A stretch of DNA of 64,000 nucleotides. Origin: Candidatus Peregrinibacteria bacterium. Its GTDB lineage: Bacteria; Patescibacteriota; Gracilibacteria; UBA1369. Positions 1 through 15,000 of the stretch are shown here, piece after piece. Location of the stretch: NCBI GenBank assembly GCA_963708185.1, contig OY970195.1, positions 1,312,001 through 1,376,000 on the forward strand. The letters are read 5' to 3'. The position numbers were made by a program, and so were the translations under genes. Within the stretch, counting starts at the first letter, position 1. Each line of letters begins with the position of its first letter. The notes beneath the pieces were generated by a model. That model was not told where the DNA came from, did no database searches, and worked only from the letters and a program-made list of their open reading frames with translations.

Positions 1-3000
1 GTAGCCGTCAACAGTGCTGTGGACGTACCGTCCGCCGCTACTGATGCAGGAGGTGCCGGGTTGGCGACGAACGTTGAGTTGGTTGCCGTCGGAGGTTGCG
101 CCGTAAAGGTGATGCTCACCGTCGGCGTGATGGTGTTGTAGTTGTTGGCATCGGTCGTATCTGTTGCGGAGAAGGTCAGTGTGCCGACTTCCGTTGACGT
201 AATCGTCGCGCAGGATTCACCGCTTGAGTTGGTAACTCCGGCTGATCCGCCGCTGGCACAGACCGTCGGCGTGATGGTTGAGTTTGCCGGGTTTCCGAGA
301 ATTTCATTGACGGTGATTGTTCGCCCGGTGACCGGGTTTCCCGATTCGTCGAGCAGGGTTGCTGTGACGAGTTCGGAATCACTGCCGTCGGCCACATGGG
401 TGAGGCTCGTCGCTTTTACGAAAGTTGAATTGTACGCATGGTCTCCTTCAATGACGCTTTGTCCGAAGATATCCGGAGGCGAGGCATGGCCCTGCCACGT
501 GATGATACCTCCGCCGTTATCGTCACCCAGAATGAGCGGATACTGGTCGAATCTTGCGGTGTTGGTTATCTGCATGCCGTTGGTATCCCATTGGGCAATG
601 CCGTTGACGACACGCTGGGTGTAAATATAGTTCGCGGTTCCGCCGCTGTTGGCCTGGTCCCAGGTGATGACGGCTCCGTCGTTCGCGTAAGGGCTGTTCG
701 ATCCGTCTCTTACGATGTGAGGGTTTTGTTTCAAGACCGTCTGGGACGAGTTGGAAATCACATCGCCGTCGTTCCAGAGTTTGTTGCCATTGATGTCGAG
801 ACGCTGGACGGCAATGTCGCTCGCCGTGCCGGTCGCGTCGTACTGTTCCCACGTAACGATCATGCCGTTGTTGTTGTCGCTGGCCATGCGGCCGTTGAGG
901 TTGTCATCCGCGGTGCTCGAAACAACTGTGGTCCAGAAGGTTCCGCCGGTGGTGTCCATTTTCTTTGCAATGATACGGTGTTTGCCGCCGGTTCCTCCGT
1001 CGTCGGAATAGAGGATGTTGATATTACCGTTTCCGTCGACGTTCATGTCGAGGAGGTGTTCGTCGGTGTTGGTGATGGCGACGAGATAGAACGCGCTGAT
1101 GGTACTGCCGGTGGTCTCGTTGACCTTCGCCATGTAGATGTCGCTGGCTCTTCCTCCGGCGGTGTTGTCTTCTTCGTAGGCGATGTAGAGGTAGCCGCCG
1201 CTGCGGACCATCTTGGGGTTGGATTCCACGAGTCCGTTGGTGTTCGTCACGTTCTTGTAGTTGCTGCCCCAGTTCGAATCATAGGTGCCGTCGGTTGAAA
1301 CGATTCGCCCCACAACGACATCGGCTTTGGGGAAAGTGCCGCTGTCCGAGATCCAGGCGACGAACGCACCTCCGTTTCCGTCGGAAAGGATTTGCGGTGT
1401 GGAGTTGTTGCTGCCCGGAGTGTTCATCTGGCGGCCGTTGTCGTTGCCTCCGCCCCAGGTGGTGTTGCGTTTTCCGCTGGAGTCCAGTTTCTGTGCGAAA
1501 AGCGTGCTCGTTCCGTTACTGATAACGTTTTTCCATGCCATGAGCAGACCGCCGTTCGGCGTGTTGGAAGTTTGATCCGCCGCGATACTGAGGTTGGTAT
1601 GATCCGTGGTGGTGGATGTGTCGTTATAGACGGCGGGTACGCCGCGTCCCGGGTACGCCGGGTTCCAGATGGACGTGCCATCCGGCCCGATTTTGTCGGC
1701 AACGGGAACGTGCTGCCCGTAATGGGTCAGCCGGCTGTAGAATTCACTTGCCAATGGAGGATAGGAACTTCCGTAGTAGGATTGATCGGCTTCGTCTTCC
1801 CAGGCAACGATGGTGTCGTTGTTGGAAGTTGTGACCATTTTTTGGTTTTGTTGTGTTTCGAGGATGGTATTCTGAACGTCTGCTCCCGGTGAAATTTCAA
1901 TATCATCAGCTGTTCCCCATTGGAGAACACCGCTGCTGTTGACGTTGAGGATGTAGTTGTCGACGTCGTTGATGTAAGGCGTATTGGCGAATCCATGGGT
2001 CGAACCTTCACCAACGGCGACGAGTCCGCCCGATCCGTCGCTGATTGCCGTGCGGAGTTCGCTGGCGTTCGTTGCGTAGACGGCGTAGTTCAAATCTCCA
2101 ATGTAGTAGCCCATAACGTTATGGATGTGCAGGCCCGAACTTCCGAACGCGGAAGCGAAGCTTCCATCGGAGTTGAGGAGGACCGCTTTCATCCCAAGAG
2201 TGCCGCCGTTTCCGCTGTCGTTGAAAAGTACGTATGCGGTTCCGGTCGTCGGGCCAGAGACCAGTTTCCATGAGTATATTGATCCGGGTAATCGGACTGC
2301 AGTTCCTCCTGTGAAGAGCGATTGAGGAGTGCCGCCGTTGTTTATGTAATGCTGGGCAAAAACGCCGTCGGTTCTCAGGTAGACGATGAAGATGCCTCCA
2401 TTGCCGTCTGAAATCGCATCGTATTTCCCTGACGAGTTCAATGTGGCGAGGTCGGTGAGTTGTACGTTCCAGACCTGATTTGTCGATACATCGCTTCCGT
2501 AGTGCAGATACAACATGCCGTCGTCCAAAGACGTGCTCGTCGTACAGTCATCGGCAAGTAAGGTATAGGCTCCGCCGCTTCCGTCCGGGAATGAACGTTC
2601 ATTCCACTGTGATTTTGATTCCTGCGTTCCGTGGACGGGGTTGGAGTAGTTACAGGTATATGGAGTGAGTCCCGTATCGGCCGATACGTTGGTTCTGATA
2701 TTGATTCTTCCTTCGTTGGCGATATAGTCCGTGGTTGAGTTGAGTGTTGAGATGTTGATGTTGACGTCGGAGTTTACCCCTATACAGAATCCAACGACAT
2801 CGGACTCATCCGGATAGGCCGCTCGTACAACGCCCGGACTGACGAGTGAAAGGTCGATGAAGGCACCGCCCGAACAGGTCGATCCGATGCCGAGCCGTGT
2901 TGGCCATGACGTCGCGTCGCCGGTCACCACGTTGCCGCTGCTGTCGATACGTGTGACCGATTTGTAGTAATTTGAAAGGTTGTAGTCGCGATAGGCGATG

Positions 3001-6000
3001 AAGGCTCCTCCCGTTCCGTCGGCAATGATGGAGTATCCGGCGTCTTCGCCCGGGCCGCTTAAATAGGTTCCTCCATGGGTGGCGTTGAGCACCACTTTGG
3101 GTGAAGCGCCCCAGAGGAACGATCCCGTGCTGCTTACATGCCGGCCCTGAAGTTCATATTGGCTGGTGCCGCTGTTGAGAGCAATCCAGGTAACGAACGC
3201 CCCTGTGCTGTTGTCGCTGATGATTTCAGGTTCACCCCATTGGCCGGCGCTCACGGTCGAGCCGTCGAAGAGTTGAAGACCTGAACTCGGCGTCCACTGC
3301 GGAGCGCCGCTGCTGTTGTATTTCTGGGCAAAAAGGCTGTAGGTGCTTCCGCTGCGGTTATCCATCCAGATCGTAATGTAGCTGCCGTCCGTCGTGCGGA
3401 GGACTTTCGTTCTCGTCGGTGCCGCGTAGGTGGAATCGTCGTTTACGGCATTGGCAATGGTGTTGCCGTTGGTGTCCCATGCCGGCCCTTCTACGAAACT
3501 GATGTTGGTGGAAAGCGTTGGCGTTCCTTCCGTGGTATTGACGGCCTGGTAGGTGAAGCTGCCGCGGGATGTGTTGGTGACTTTGAAACATGCCTGCCCA
3601 TTGCCGTCGGATGTTGTACTGTTTCCTCCAAGCGTCGCGCCGGTCGAACAGTCAACGGCGTTAATGCCGTCGGTCGGAAGGCCCGGGGTTTTGGTCATGG
3701 TAACCGTTCTGCCGCCGAAGAGATTGTTGCTTGCATCTTTGAGCGTCATCGTTATCGTGCTTGAATTGAGACCGTTCGCTGCAACCGTCGAACTGCTGGC
3801 GGCGATGGTTGAATTTGCCTGGGTCGGTCCGGTGTAAGTGATGGAGACCGTCTGGTTCAGGGTCACGCTGTTATCAGTGTCGGTTGCCTGAAAAACGTAG
3901 ACTCCTGCAAGGTTGGCGACGACGGTTGCGCAGGCTTTTCCGTTGGTGTTTGTCTTATTGGTGGTGGATCCGGCGGGTTCCGGGTTCGGACAGTCAACCG
4001 GTGTGATGGTTGATGATGCAGGTCCGCTTGTCTGGCTAAAAGAGACGGTTGTATCGATGACAGGATTGTCGAACTGATCGCGGAACAGTCCCGTCAGCGT
4101 TGCGGTGTTGGCGTTGTCTGCCGCGACCGTGGCCGTGTCCGCGGTGAGAGTTGAATGAGGTGTACTCGGATCCGTCGGTCCGGCGGTGAAGTCCACGGTG
4201 ACGATGTCCGCAGGGTCGTCCATGGTGACGGTGCCGCTGCTGGCCGTCGCTTCGAACGTGTAGGTCCCGATGGTCGTTGTTGAAACGTTGAATGTTGCTA
4301 CGCCGCTCGTATTGGTCGGGTTCGTCACGGCGGAAATCGTTGCGGTTCCCGGTCCGCTGACCTGGCTGACACTGACGGTGTTGCCGTCAACGATGACGTT
4401 GTTCTTGTTGAGAATTGTTGCTGTCAGGAGTTTTGTCGATACGCCGTCGGCAGCAACGCTGCCGCCCGGTGCCGTGAAGGTGGAGTTGGTTTTGTTCGCG
4501 ATGAGGTCGACAAACGTCACGTCAGCCGTCTGAACGACGGTAATAGGAGAGGTGGTGATGTCGGTCGCCTGGAACGTGTAGGTTCCCGATGTCCCGCGGG
4601 CTGAAGCAGGGGAGGTACTCACCTTGAAACATGCTTTTCCGTCCGCGCCGGTTGTGGCTTCGTCGGGAGGTACGTTGTTCAGTGATGCTCCGGTGCTGCA
4701 GTTCACGGCGTCGATCAATACCGAACCGCCGCTTGGAACATTGGATGCCGCAAGCTGGACGGTTTTGTCCGGTGCCGGCTGCGGCGTCGGAGTGGAGCTG
4801 TCGAGCAGCGTGACGGTGACGGTTGAAGTGTCCACGCCGTCGTCTTCCAGGTTGTTCGTAGGGGAGGCGACGACGGTTGAGTTGTTCGGGTCGGTGATGG
4901 TGGTGTAACTGAAGCCGCCGGTAAGTGTGCCCTGTTGAGTGTTCGGGTTGATGACCTGGACGTCAACGGGTCCGGTTCCTGTATGGGCCGGAACGAGCGC
5001 TTGCAGGTGCGTCGAGTCGATGAAAGTTACCGATGATGATGCCGTTCCGTCGAAGAGAACCTGCGGGGTGGCGACAAAGTCCGTACCGTAGACGTCGACG
5101 GTGTCTCCTCCGTTGATGCTTGCCTGGTTTGGCGAGACGCTGGTGGGGTTCGGAGGTACTCCGTAAATGAAAGATCCTGTGGCGTTTGCTCCGTCGAGGT
5201 TGGTGACGGCAACCGGAACGGTTGCCGCTGTATGCGCAGGAGTGACAGCAAGGACAGTCGTGTTATTGGCGTCTGAAACTGTCGCCGAAGACGTATCAAA
5301 CTGTACGGGGATACTTCCCGTTGCCGTTCCGACGATTGCTGAAACACTCTCGAGGTTCGGATTTGCGGCCTGGTGCTGGAATTTGCGGACGAGGACTTTT
5401 CCGGGGGAGTTTGTCGTGGTGTATCCGTTGTTATTGTAAAGATCGGTGATTTCTGCTGCGGAAAGGGCACGGTTATAGATGCGGACATCGTCGAGCTGGC
5501 CCGGGAAGTAGTATGAACTGCCTCCATTTATCCAGTGTCCGATCTGAAGGTTGGTGGTGCTCACGCCTATAGCTTGGTTGAGCTGTGCCGTGTTACTCAG
5601 GTTTCCGTCGATGTAGATTCTTGCGTAGGTTCCGTCGTAGGTGCCGACGATGTGATGCCATCCGCTGTTGATGGCGACAGTCGAGGCTGCCGTGACGGTC
5701 GTTTCCGTTCCGTTGTTTGCGAGCTCGAGAAACGGCGTAGGAGGGTTCGAACCGTTGAAGAGGAGTTCGTATCCGTTGTAGGTACAGCAAGCCGATACGT
5801 TTGAAACCATGCGCGGATAGTATCCGGTTGTCGTCATGTTTTCCCATACTTCAACGGTTAACGCTCCGCCGATGCCCAATGGGCTTGCGTTTCCGGCGTC
5901 GATATCGTTGTTCGATCCGTTGAAACTGCGGGCGTTGTTGAATTTTCCGGACACGACGTTGGTGCCGGCGTTCGTTCCTTCCATCGTGCCCGTGTTTCCG

Positions 6001-9000
6001 TTGCCGGAAGAGTCGGTGACTGTTGTTCCACTCACTTCATCCATGGGCCATGCGCCTTTGTTCGAACCGGTGTCGATTTCACGGATGAAGGTGTTTGTCG
6101 TGTTGCTTTGAGAGGTCAAAGAGGTGTCACCGCTGTAGTGCATGTAGATGGTGGTGTTTCCGGATGCCGCAATGATCGGAACTTTGACCCAGATTTTCGT
6201 AGCCGCGGAATCCATCGGTCCTTCGATCCAGAAGTTGGTGATCGGTGTTGTTCCGTCGCTGTCGAAGAATCTGATGTCGCGTCCGTCCCGGGTCATTTTT
6301 CCCGTTTCGATCAGGCTTGCCGTATCCACGGTGAACGATGCCTGATAGTCGGCCAATGTGCTTGCGCTGTTGTTGCTGATGGTGACCGGCAGCGTGTAAT
6401 CTGACGGAGTGAAGTTGGTTCCGGTAATGGTTACCGCGGTTCCTCCGGCGGGTACCCCGTTGTCCGGATCGATGCTCGTGAACGTCGGGTCGTTGAAGGT
6501 GAATGAGTTGGGAAGCGTTATGGTCTGGCCGTCTGAATCGGTCACGACGGTGTCGAAGGCACCGGTGTTATTGGGTCCGTTGGTCGTGACGTTAATGTTG
6601 CCAGAAGTGACGGAGTTCACTGCGGCTGACGGAGTCAGGTCCCCGATGCTTACGGTAAGCGTCGGGCTTTCCGTTCCGATGGTCGCCGTCGGTTCGTTGG
6701 CCGTATATTCTCGCACTTTGACGTTGTCGATTTCCACCTGGCCGCTGTAATCGCCGAAGCCGATCTTGACCGGCGTGGTGGTCAAGCCGCCGCTGGTGGT
6801 ATCCATCCAGGTCACCCAGGAGTTTCCATTATCGGTGCTGCGCTGGTAAATGGCGCCGCCCGACGGGTAGAGAATGATTTTCAGTTTGTACTGTTGGTTG
6901 GCGACCCAGTTCTGGCTGTTGAGACTGGTTCCTTTGTTGACGTTGTTTTCGTAGACGTCGTCCGAGCCGGTGCTGTTCGAATAAAAGCTGTGAACAAAGT
7001 TTGAACGGTTGACGACACTTGTTCCCGACGTTCCCGTCGTGGTGTCTTTCCATCCGATCACAAAGTTTCCATTGTTGATGGTCTTGTAATCCATTTCCAG
7101 TTCGATCGCACTGCTGCGGTCGAAGTTGAGGTTGCTGTAGATACCGTTACAGCCGAAGTTGAACGGTCCGCCGCTGGTAAGAAGTTTTTCGTTTTGACTG
7201 AAGTAGGAGGTTTGCGTACAGCTTGATGAGGCGTCGACTTTGGTCCATTTCCCGGTATCGATCGTCGTTCCGGTGAAGTCATCGTAGAAAATAAAGGTGT
7301 TTGTTCCGCTGCTTTCATCGCTGAGACGGAAGTCGCCGTAGTTGGCGTAGATGGTATTGTCCCCTGAATTCAACGAAAATCCGACATACACCCAGAATTT
7401 CGTGGATATTGTGTCACATGTGTTTGGTTCCAGCCAGTAGGCCATGTGTGGTATCGATCCTGATCCATAAGATCCTAATGACGTGGATGGGATCGAGTCT
7501 GTGAATCTGATGTCTCCGCAGTCCGGTCTCATTTTTCCGGCGTTGATGAGCGATGCGGTGTCCATAATCACCTGGACCTGATATCCCGAAAGGGCGCTGC
7601 CAGGATTGTTGATGGTGATCGGTCGAATATAGTAGTTTGTAAAGTCACTTCCGCTGATGGTGACGCCTGTTCGTCCGTCGGTCGGTCCACTCGTCACATT
7701 GAGGGATGTGATTTGCGGTGCCGGCGGATCAACACTGAACGGATCACTGTCTCCGGGAGCCAATGTGGTGGGGTTTGCGGGACTGGTCGTGTCGGATGCG
7801 GTAAGGACCACACCTCCATCGGCGATACTGTAAGTGGTTCCCGTTATCGTCGTGGAACTGTTCCCGTTCGTGATGTTGCCGGTTATCGTTCCTCCGAGTG
7901 AACCGTTCCCGGTCTTCAGGCTCACTGTAAACTGCATGTCGCCGCTGGTGAGCGGATTGTCGTTCTGGTCTAGGCGTTGAACCGTTACGTCCATCGACTG
8001 TCCGGCGACTGGCGTTCCGCCTCCAGTCTTTGTCACGGCCGTGACGACAAGTCGTGAGAGTCCATATTTATAAATGGTGTAGGGGGCGGTGGTGTCGTTT
8101 CCCGGTGTCGCGTACAGAGAGCCGTAGGTTGAATCGTACGCAAGTTCACCTGTGTCATTGCTCGTTGATGCGCTTCCCACGTTTACAGGGAATGCAGACT
8201 GTGCGGTCCAGGTTCCCGCGCCGACGTCATAGCGGTAGAAATCCGTGGTCGCTTTTCCGCGTAATGCATACAACGTGTTGTTGTCCGTTGCCACGATGGA
8301 GCCTCCGGACTGGATGTCGAGAGGGGTCGTGTTGTTCGGAAGGTTCGTCATGGCCGTCCAGGTTCCTTTTCCGGTAGAAGAAGGTATGAACTTCCAGAAG
8401 TTCGGATTGGCAACGGTCGGACTGCTGTTTCCACGAAGGGCGTAGATTGTTGATCCGTCAGGCGTGCTGACGATGTCGGAACCTCCGCCAAAGGTGTTCG
8501 TACTCGCAGGAAGGTCCGCGGCTTCGTAATCGAACGGCCAGGAATCGCTGCCGATGACGTAACGGTAGAGTAAACCAGTGTAGCCCTGACCGTAAGATTC
8601 CGTATTGAACGTCGTTCCTTTGCCGGTGGTGGCAAAAAGTTCGGGACCTCCTGACGGTCCGTTTGCTGTATAAGCTATATCTCCACCGTTGCTGGATGTT
8701 CCAATGTTCACTGGAGCTGAAGAGAGCGTTGACCATACTCCGCCGCCTGTGCTGTAGCGATAGATTTCACCTGTACTGTTTCCTTTGCTGACGTAGAGAT
8801 TCGTTCCGTCATTGACGATGGATCCACCCACGTTGACCGTGGCGGAACCGGTCGGGACCGATGTCAGCAATGACCATGTTCCATCTCCCGAGTACGGTGA
8901 GTTGGTGATGTTGTAGTTCAAGAAATTGAGGGTGCTGTTCCCCTGAAGTGTGTAAATGTTGGTGCCGATGCTTGAGAGCGATCCGCCTCCGCCGATATCG

Positions 9001-12000
9001 TAGGTTGTTGCTCCGACTTGAACCTGCGGTGGTGGAGCTGAAGTTATCGGCCAGGTGTTGGCGTTTGCTCCCGTTAACGGGTAACGGAAGATCAGTCCGC
9101 GTCCCGGATTTCCCTGATATACTCCGCTGCTGACAACCTGGTTGGTATTCGCGCCAACCAATGTTCCGCTTGTTCCCGCGCCTGAAACAGCAAAAATTTC
9201 AGGACCGCCGGATGGTCCGGACGTGGTGTAGGCCAGTTGGCCGCCGATGATCGAATTTCCGCCAAAGCCCGTGGGGAAGGATGTCAGGGCTGTCCATGAA
9301 CCTGCTCCGTTCGGGGTGATGGTATATTTATACATGTCGGAAGTGTTTCCGCCACGTGACACGTAAAGCGTGGAACTGTTATCAGTGACCATTGATCCTC
9401 CGGCGCCAATGGTTCCCGGCGGTTGGGTAAGATTCACCGTGACTGGCCAGGTATTGGCATTGGTTCCGGTGAACGGATATCGGAAAAGGAGGCCGATACT
9501 GTTGATGCCATTTCCCGTTGTACCGTTTCCGGACACTCCGTAGAGGACCGCACAGGATGTCAATGCACATGGATCAACGTAGGCGAGTCCACCTCGTGCA
9601 TTGATGGTGCTATTTGTTCCGATGTTGGTCGGGAAAGCCGCGATGTTCGCAGCAGCCCAGTTTCCGGCAGTACAATCTGCATCCGTGGTCGTACAATATT
9701 TTCTGATATCGGATGTTCCCGCACCGCGCGATGCCCAGATTTGTGTTCCGTTCGAAGAGAGCGAACCTCCGGATTGCAACGGCCAAGGTGCGCTGCTCAT
9801 TGCTACCCAGCCTCCGGCAGCAGTGTATCGGTAAAAGTTACTGCTGTTGCCGGTCGTCGCGTAAATAGCGCCTCCGGCACTTACCATGGCGCCTCCGGCA
9901 GAAACATTGGCCGGTGCCGTGAATGAGGCGGTCGTCCAGCTTCCGGGAGCTGTTTGGGTAATGTCGTATTGGTATATGGTGTTGTTGCTACCTCCGCGGA
10001 AAGCGTAAATAAAGTTTCCGCTGCCGGAGTAGCCGAGAGCACCTCCTGTTAATATTGTTGCGGGCGTATTCCCGAGCGCCGTCCAGTGGCCAGTGGAAAT
10101 TTTATAAACGTAGCTGTTTGTACTGTTTCCGCCTCGTAACGCGTAAATCGTGTCTGCATCGGTGCTGACCATTGAAGCTCCATCACCTGCAGCAGCTGGA
10201 AGCGATTCAAGGTTCGTCCATTGGTTGGTCGCCGGATCGTATTGTTGGAAGGTGGTGCTTGCCCCGGCGAGGATGTAGAGTTTTTTGTTGACAGGAACGA
10301 CGCAATTCCCGACTCCCTGGTTCCCGCCGGCGTTGGAAACGGGAACGTCATTGTCGAGTTTCGCGCGGACGGCGGCGTTCCATTCGTTGACGTCCGGGTT
10401 GTAGGATACAAAATTCGTTGTGGCCCCGCCGGTCAATCCGTAAATGAGCGTGCTTGAGGTCGGAGAAGACAAGGAAGCTCCGCCGCCAGTGCCGAATTGT
10501 GTTGCAGCCGGGGCGAGTTTTATTGGCCAGGTTCCGGCTGAAGGTCCGCTTAACGCGTAGCGGAACAGTGTTCCAACTGTTGATGTAGAGATGTTTCCTG
10601 CAGTTCCGTTTCCGGATACCAGGAAGAGTTCTCCGCCCGTTGACTGTCCGGCGTATGTTCCTGAAGGTACGTACACAAGATCCCCTTTGGCGAGCGATGT
10701 GCTCGCGGTTCCCACGTTTACCGGTGTGGTTTTCGGTGCGCCGAGAATGGTCCAGGTATTTCCTGAAATGTCATAGGTCCAGGTGTCGGTGGTGTTATCC
10801 CCGCGCACGGCATAGAGGGTGTTTCCGCCATCGCTGGTCAGAGATCCTCCTGACAAGACCGTCGCAGGGGCACCACTCAATGTCGTCGTCCAGTTGCCGG
10901 ACGACGGAGGCCATGCTGTTGTCACGTCGTATCTCCAAAATGAAGTGGCATTATTTCCCTGGAATGCATAGATGTAGTTGCCGCTTCCGGGGTAGACGAG
11001 TGATCCGCCGCCATAAACTGCGGCAGGAGTGACGCCCGCCCCACCGCTGTTCCAGGTGTCGGTGGTGATATCGTATCTCCAGAACGCCGTGGTGTTGTTT
11101 CCTTCAAAAGCGTAGATGTAGTTGCCGCTTCCGGGGTAGACGAGTGATCCGCCGGCACCGACGGTTGCCGGTGTCGTGGCCATGACGGTCCAGTGGCCCG
11201 TTGAGATTTTGTATTGCCAGAATGCTGTCGTTGATCCGCCCCTGAAGGCGTAAATCGTATCACTGTCGGTTGAAACCATGGTGGATCCATCGGTGACGAC
11301 TGCCGGAGGGTTTTCCAGTAACGTCCATTGATTAGTTGATGGATCGTATTGCTGGAAGTTCTGCGTATTGTTCCCCTGCAAAACGTACAGTTTGTTTCCT
11401 GTGAGAACCATGTTGTTTCCGCCGCCCTGGGAGAAAATACTTTGTGAGATCGGATCGCCGCTTTCCAGTTTCGCTTTGTTGCTTCCATTCCATTCGTTTG
11501 TGGTCGGGTTGTATTCCCAGAATGTGGTGGAACCGTTCGAGGTAAAGGCGTAGATATGCCCATTGGGCGTGTAATATGTTAACGATGAACCCGATGATGG
11601 TCCTATCCCGATATATGCCGTTCCCGGTGTATAGGTCCAGCTTGAAGGCGACGCTCCACCACTTATGGAGTAGCGGAAGATCAATCCTCCCGCTTCGGGG
11701 TCAGCCGAAATCGGCGGAGTGAATCCGTTGCGGCCGTTTCCGCTGACCATCCAGATTTCCTTGCGGGTGTTTGAGCTTCCGTCAATGTAGGTGTAATAGG
11801 TCAGACCGCCCTTGCCGGAAGATGTTGTTGTCCCCCCCATTTTGGCGGGAGCATTTGGTTGATGTATCCATCGGCTTCCTGCCGTCGCCGTAGGATCGTA
11901 ACGCCAGAACATGACGCTGTTGGCTCCTTTGGTTCCGTAGATATAGGAGCCGTCGGATGTGAGCGCCCCGCCAGATTCAACGCCTTCGGGGGCGGAATCG

Positions 12001-15000
12001 GGGACATCACCGTCAGCGGCGTCATTCCATCGGTCATTGGTGATGTTGTATCTCCAGAAATTTGTGGTGTTGTTTCCTCCGAATGCGTAGATGTTGCTTC
12101 CGATCGAGGCCATCGAACCTCCGGCCGTCACTGTGGAAGGTGCGGCTGCAGGGGTTGTCACCACCGGGGACGGCCCCGTTTCTCCGCTCCAGTATCCAAC
12201 CTGTGATGGTGAGCAAACGGTAGCACTCGGGGTGCTGCCCGAAGACTGGAAGCAGTACTTCCAGAAAGTGTTCGTGGTTGAGCCTCTCAATGCGAAAATA
12301 TAGTCGCCGCTTCCCGGATATTCGAGAGTTGCACCGCTTCCCCACGAGAGAGGTGCTCCTCGAAGGGCACCGTTCGCAATTGTTGAGCTTGGTGTCCAGG
12401 AGTTGGTTTGGGGGTTGTACTGGAAGAAACACGGGGTCGAACTTGATGGAGAACAGCTTCCGGGTTCCATGTAAATGTTTGTTCCGATGGCAACCATGGA
12501 AGGCGTGTCGGTAGCGCTGACCGGTGATGGTTCAAGCGTTGTCCAGGTGTTGGTGCCCGGTGAATATTTTTCAAAAGTTTGTGAACTTCCCGCAAGGACA
12601 TACATGTCACCGCCGAGTTGGACAATGGTGTTTCCTGTACTCTGGTTCGTTCCCGATTGACTGAACGGCGTGCCGTTGTCGTCTTGACCGAGATTGAAAG
12701 AAAACCAGGTATTGCTCGGGATATCATATTTCCAGAAATTATTCGATCCCTGAGCGCCTCCACTGAAGGCATAGAGGGTGTTCGAGTCTTTTTCCATCAA
12801 TCTTGCCCCCGCGTTGATGAAGTTCGGTGCATCGGCAAGTTGGGTCCAGGTGTTCGTTGTCGGATCATATCTTTGGAATGTTTTGTTGCTGTTTCCCTGT
12901 AGTACATAAAATGCGCCGTTGGCTTCGGCAATAGCGTTTCCATTGCCCTGGTTCGCCGCGGTTGTTACATTTGAAGTGTTGGTGATGAAATTGTCCTGGG
13001 AAAGCGGTGTCCCGTCATCTTTTTTCGCCTGGTACATGCTGCGCCACTGGTTGGCGGACATGTCGTATATCCAGAGGTCTTTTGCATTCGAAGTTCCTCC
13101 CTTCAAGGCGTAGATGAGGTTGCCGCTCCCGGGGTAGGTGAGTGAACCACCCGAGTTGACCGCGGCCGGTGCGCTGGAAGGGCGTTGATAGTAAACCCAT
13201 GAAGAAGTGTTGGTGTTGTAACGATAAATCAGACCGCGATAATCGGTGTCCGTACCGCTTTGGGTGGTGTTCACGCCGGTGACGCCGTTTCCCGGGACCA
13301 TCCATATCCCCCCGTTTGTGGCGTCATTGGAGTAGGTTAGTCCTCCGAGTGAAACCGGACAGAGGCCGGGTACGGATATGGTACATGCCTGTCCGACTTT
13401 TACCGGTGAGTCCTGAAGATTGGTCCATCTGTTCGTTGAAGGAGAGTAATCCCAGAAACCTTTTTTGAAACCTCCCTGGGTTACGAAAATGTTTGTGCCG
13501 TCCGTTGCGAGCGCGCCGCCGGTTTGAACGAAGTCAGGAGTCGATGGAGGTATATTGCCGTCTCCTGGATCGTTCCATCGGTTGTTGGTGATGTTGTATC
13601 TCCAGAAATTTTTTGAGTTTTCACCGCCCATTGCGTAAATATTTGCGGGGTCGCTGCTTACACCGACGAGGGCTGCGCCACCGCCGACAGGCTGAGGAGC
13701 ATCGGCAAGCTGAGCCCAGCTGTTTCCGGAAATGCTGTAGCTCCAGAACTGGCGGTTGGGATAGGTGTTAAATGAATACCAACCTTTGAAAGCGTAAATC
13801 TTATCCCCGCTTCCCGGATACGCGAGTGACGCTCCGGAACCTACATAGGCCAACGTGGGGGTCCCGGCCGGTAATGACGTCATTGTCGTCCAGGAGTTCG
13901 TCAGCGCATTATATTTGTAAAAATTTCCGGCACTTTGACCAGGTAGGTAATAGATGTCCGTTCCCACCGCTGAAAGGGAGGATCCGCTTGACGCATTTGC
14001 CGGGGCACTCGCCAAGGCGATCCACGTGTTGCTGACCGGATTGTACTTTTCGAATGTTGAACTGCTTCCGCCCGGAAGGATGTACATTTCACCGTTGACC
14101 TGGGCGATGGTGTTTCCGTTTCCCTGCGATGTTCCCGAGTTGTCGAAAATTGCGCCGTCGCTCTCACGTTTTCCGATGTTGAAAGCGATCCAGGTGTCGG
14201 AAGGGATGTCATATTTCCAGAATTCCTGGCTTGGAGCAGGGGAAAAGCTGTAATTTCCCATGAAGGCGTAGATGGTGTTGTTGTCGATTTTTACCATTGA
14301 GGCGCCGTTGCTGGTGTAGTTCGGCGTATCCATGAGTTCCACCCATGTGTTCGTCGCGGGGTCATAACGCTGGAAGTGCCGGTTGGCCTGCATGACGTAA
14401 AATTTTCCGTTCACTTCAAGCATGTTGGTTCCGGATCCTTGCTGGAACAGACCTCCGGCGGTGGGGGAATTTTGTGAAATTGAAACGGTTTTTCCATTGA
14501 GAGTCGTCGTGGCGCGATTCCATGCGATCCAGGTGTTTTTGAGCAAGCTGAATTTCCAGAACTGCGCCTGGTTGCTTCCTTCAAGGAAATATAAAAAGTC
14601 ACCGCTCGGATCCGCGGCACTCGGTCCGGGATAGGAAAGGGAAGCTCCATAGTTGCCGTTGTTGGGGAGTGATGTCGGTAAAGGTACGAGCGGCCAGCTG
14701 TTGGCGTTCGTACCGGTCAAAGCGTATCTGAAAAAATCACCGTAGTTGTTTGAAGTCGTGGCGTTTCCCGAGACCATGAAAATTTCAGGACCTCCGGAAG
14801 CACCCGTGGGAATATAGGTTATTCCTCCGCGTGCATCGGTGCTCGCTGATCCTGAAGTAAAGTTCACTCCGATATCCAATGGAGCCTCCGGCAGAGTTGT
14901 CCAGGTTCCGGGGTTGGCCGGTGATGCGTCGATGGTGTATTTCCAGAAATCTTTGGTGCCGTTTCCGCGTGACGCATAGAGATATGTTCCATCCGTCGTT

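Noticed and set aside
10969-11154. DGR template/variable repeat pair
   Set aside because: The core repeat is identical rather than differing at adenines, is short and in-frame, and there is no reverse transcriptase in the window
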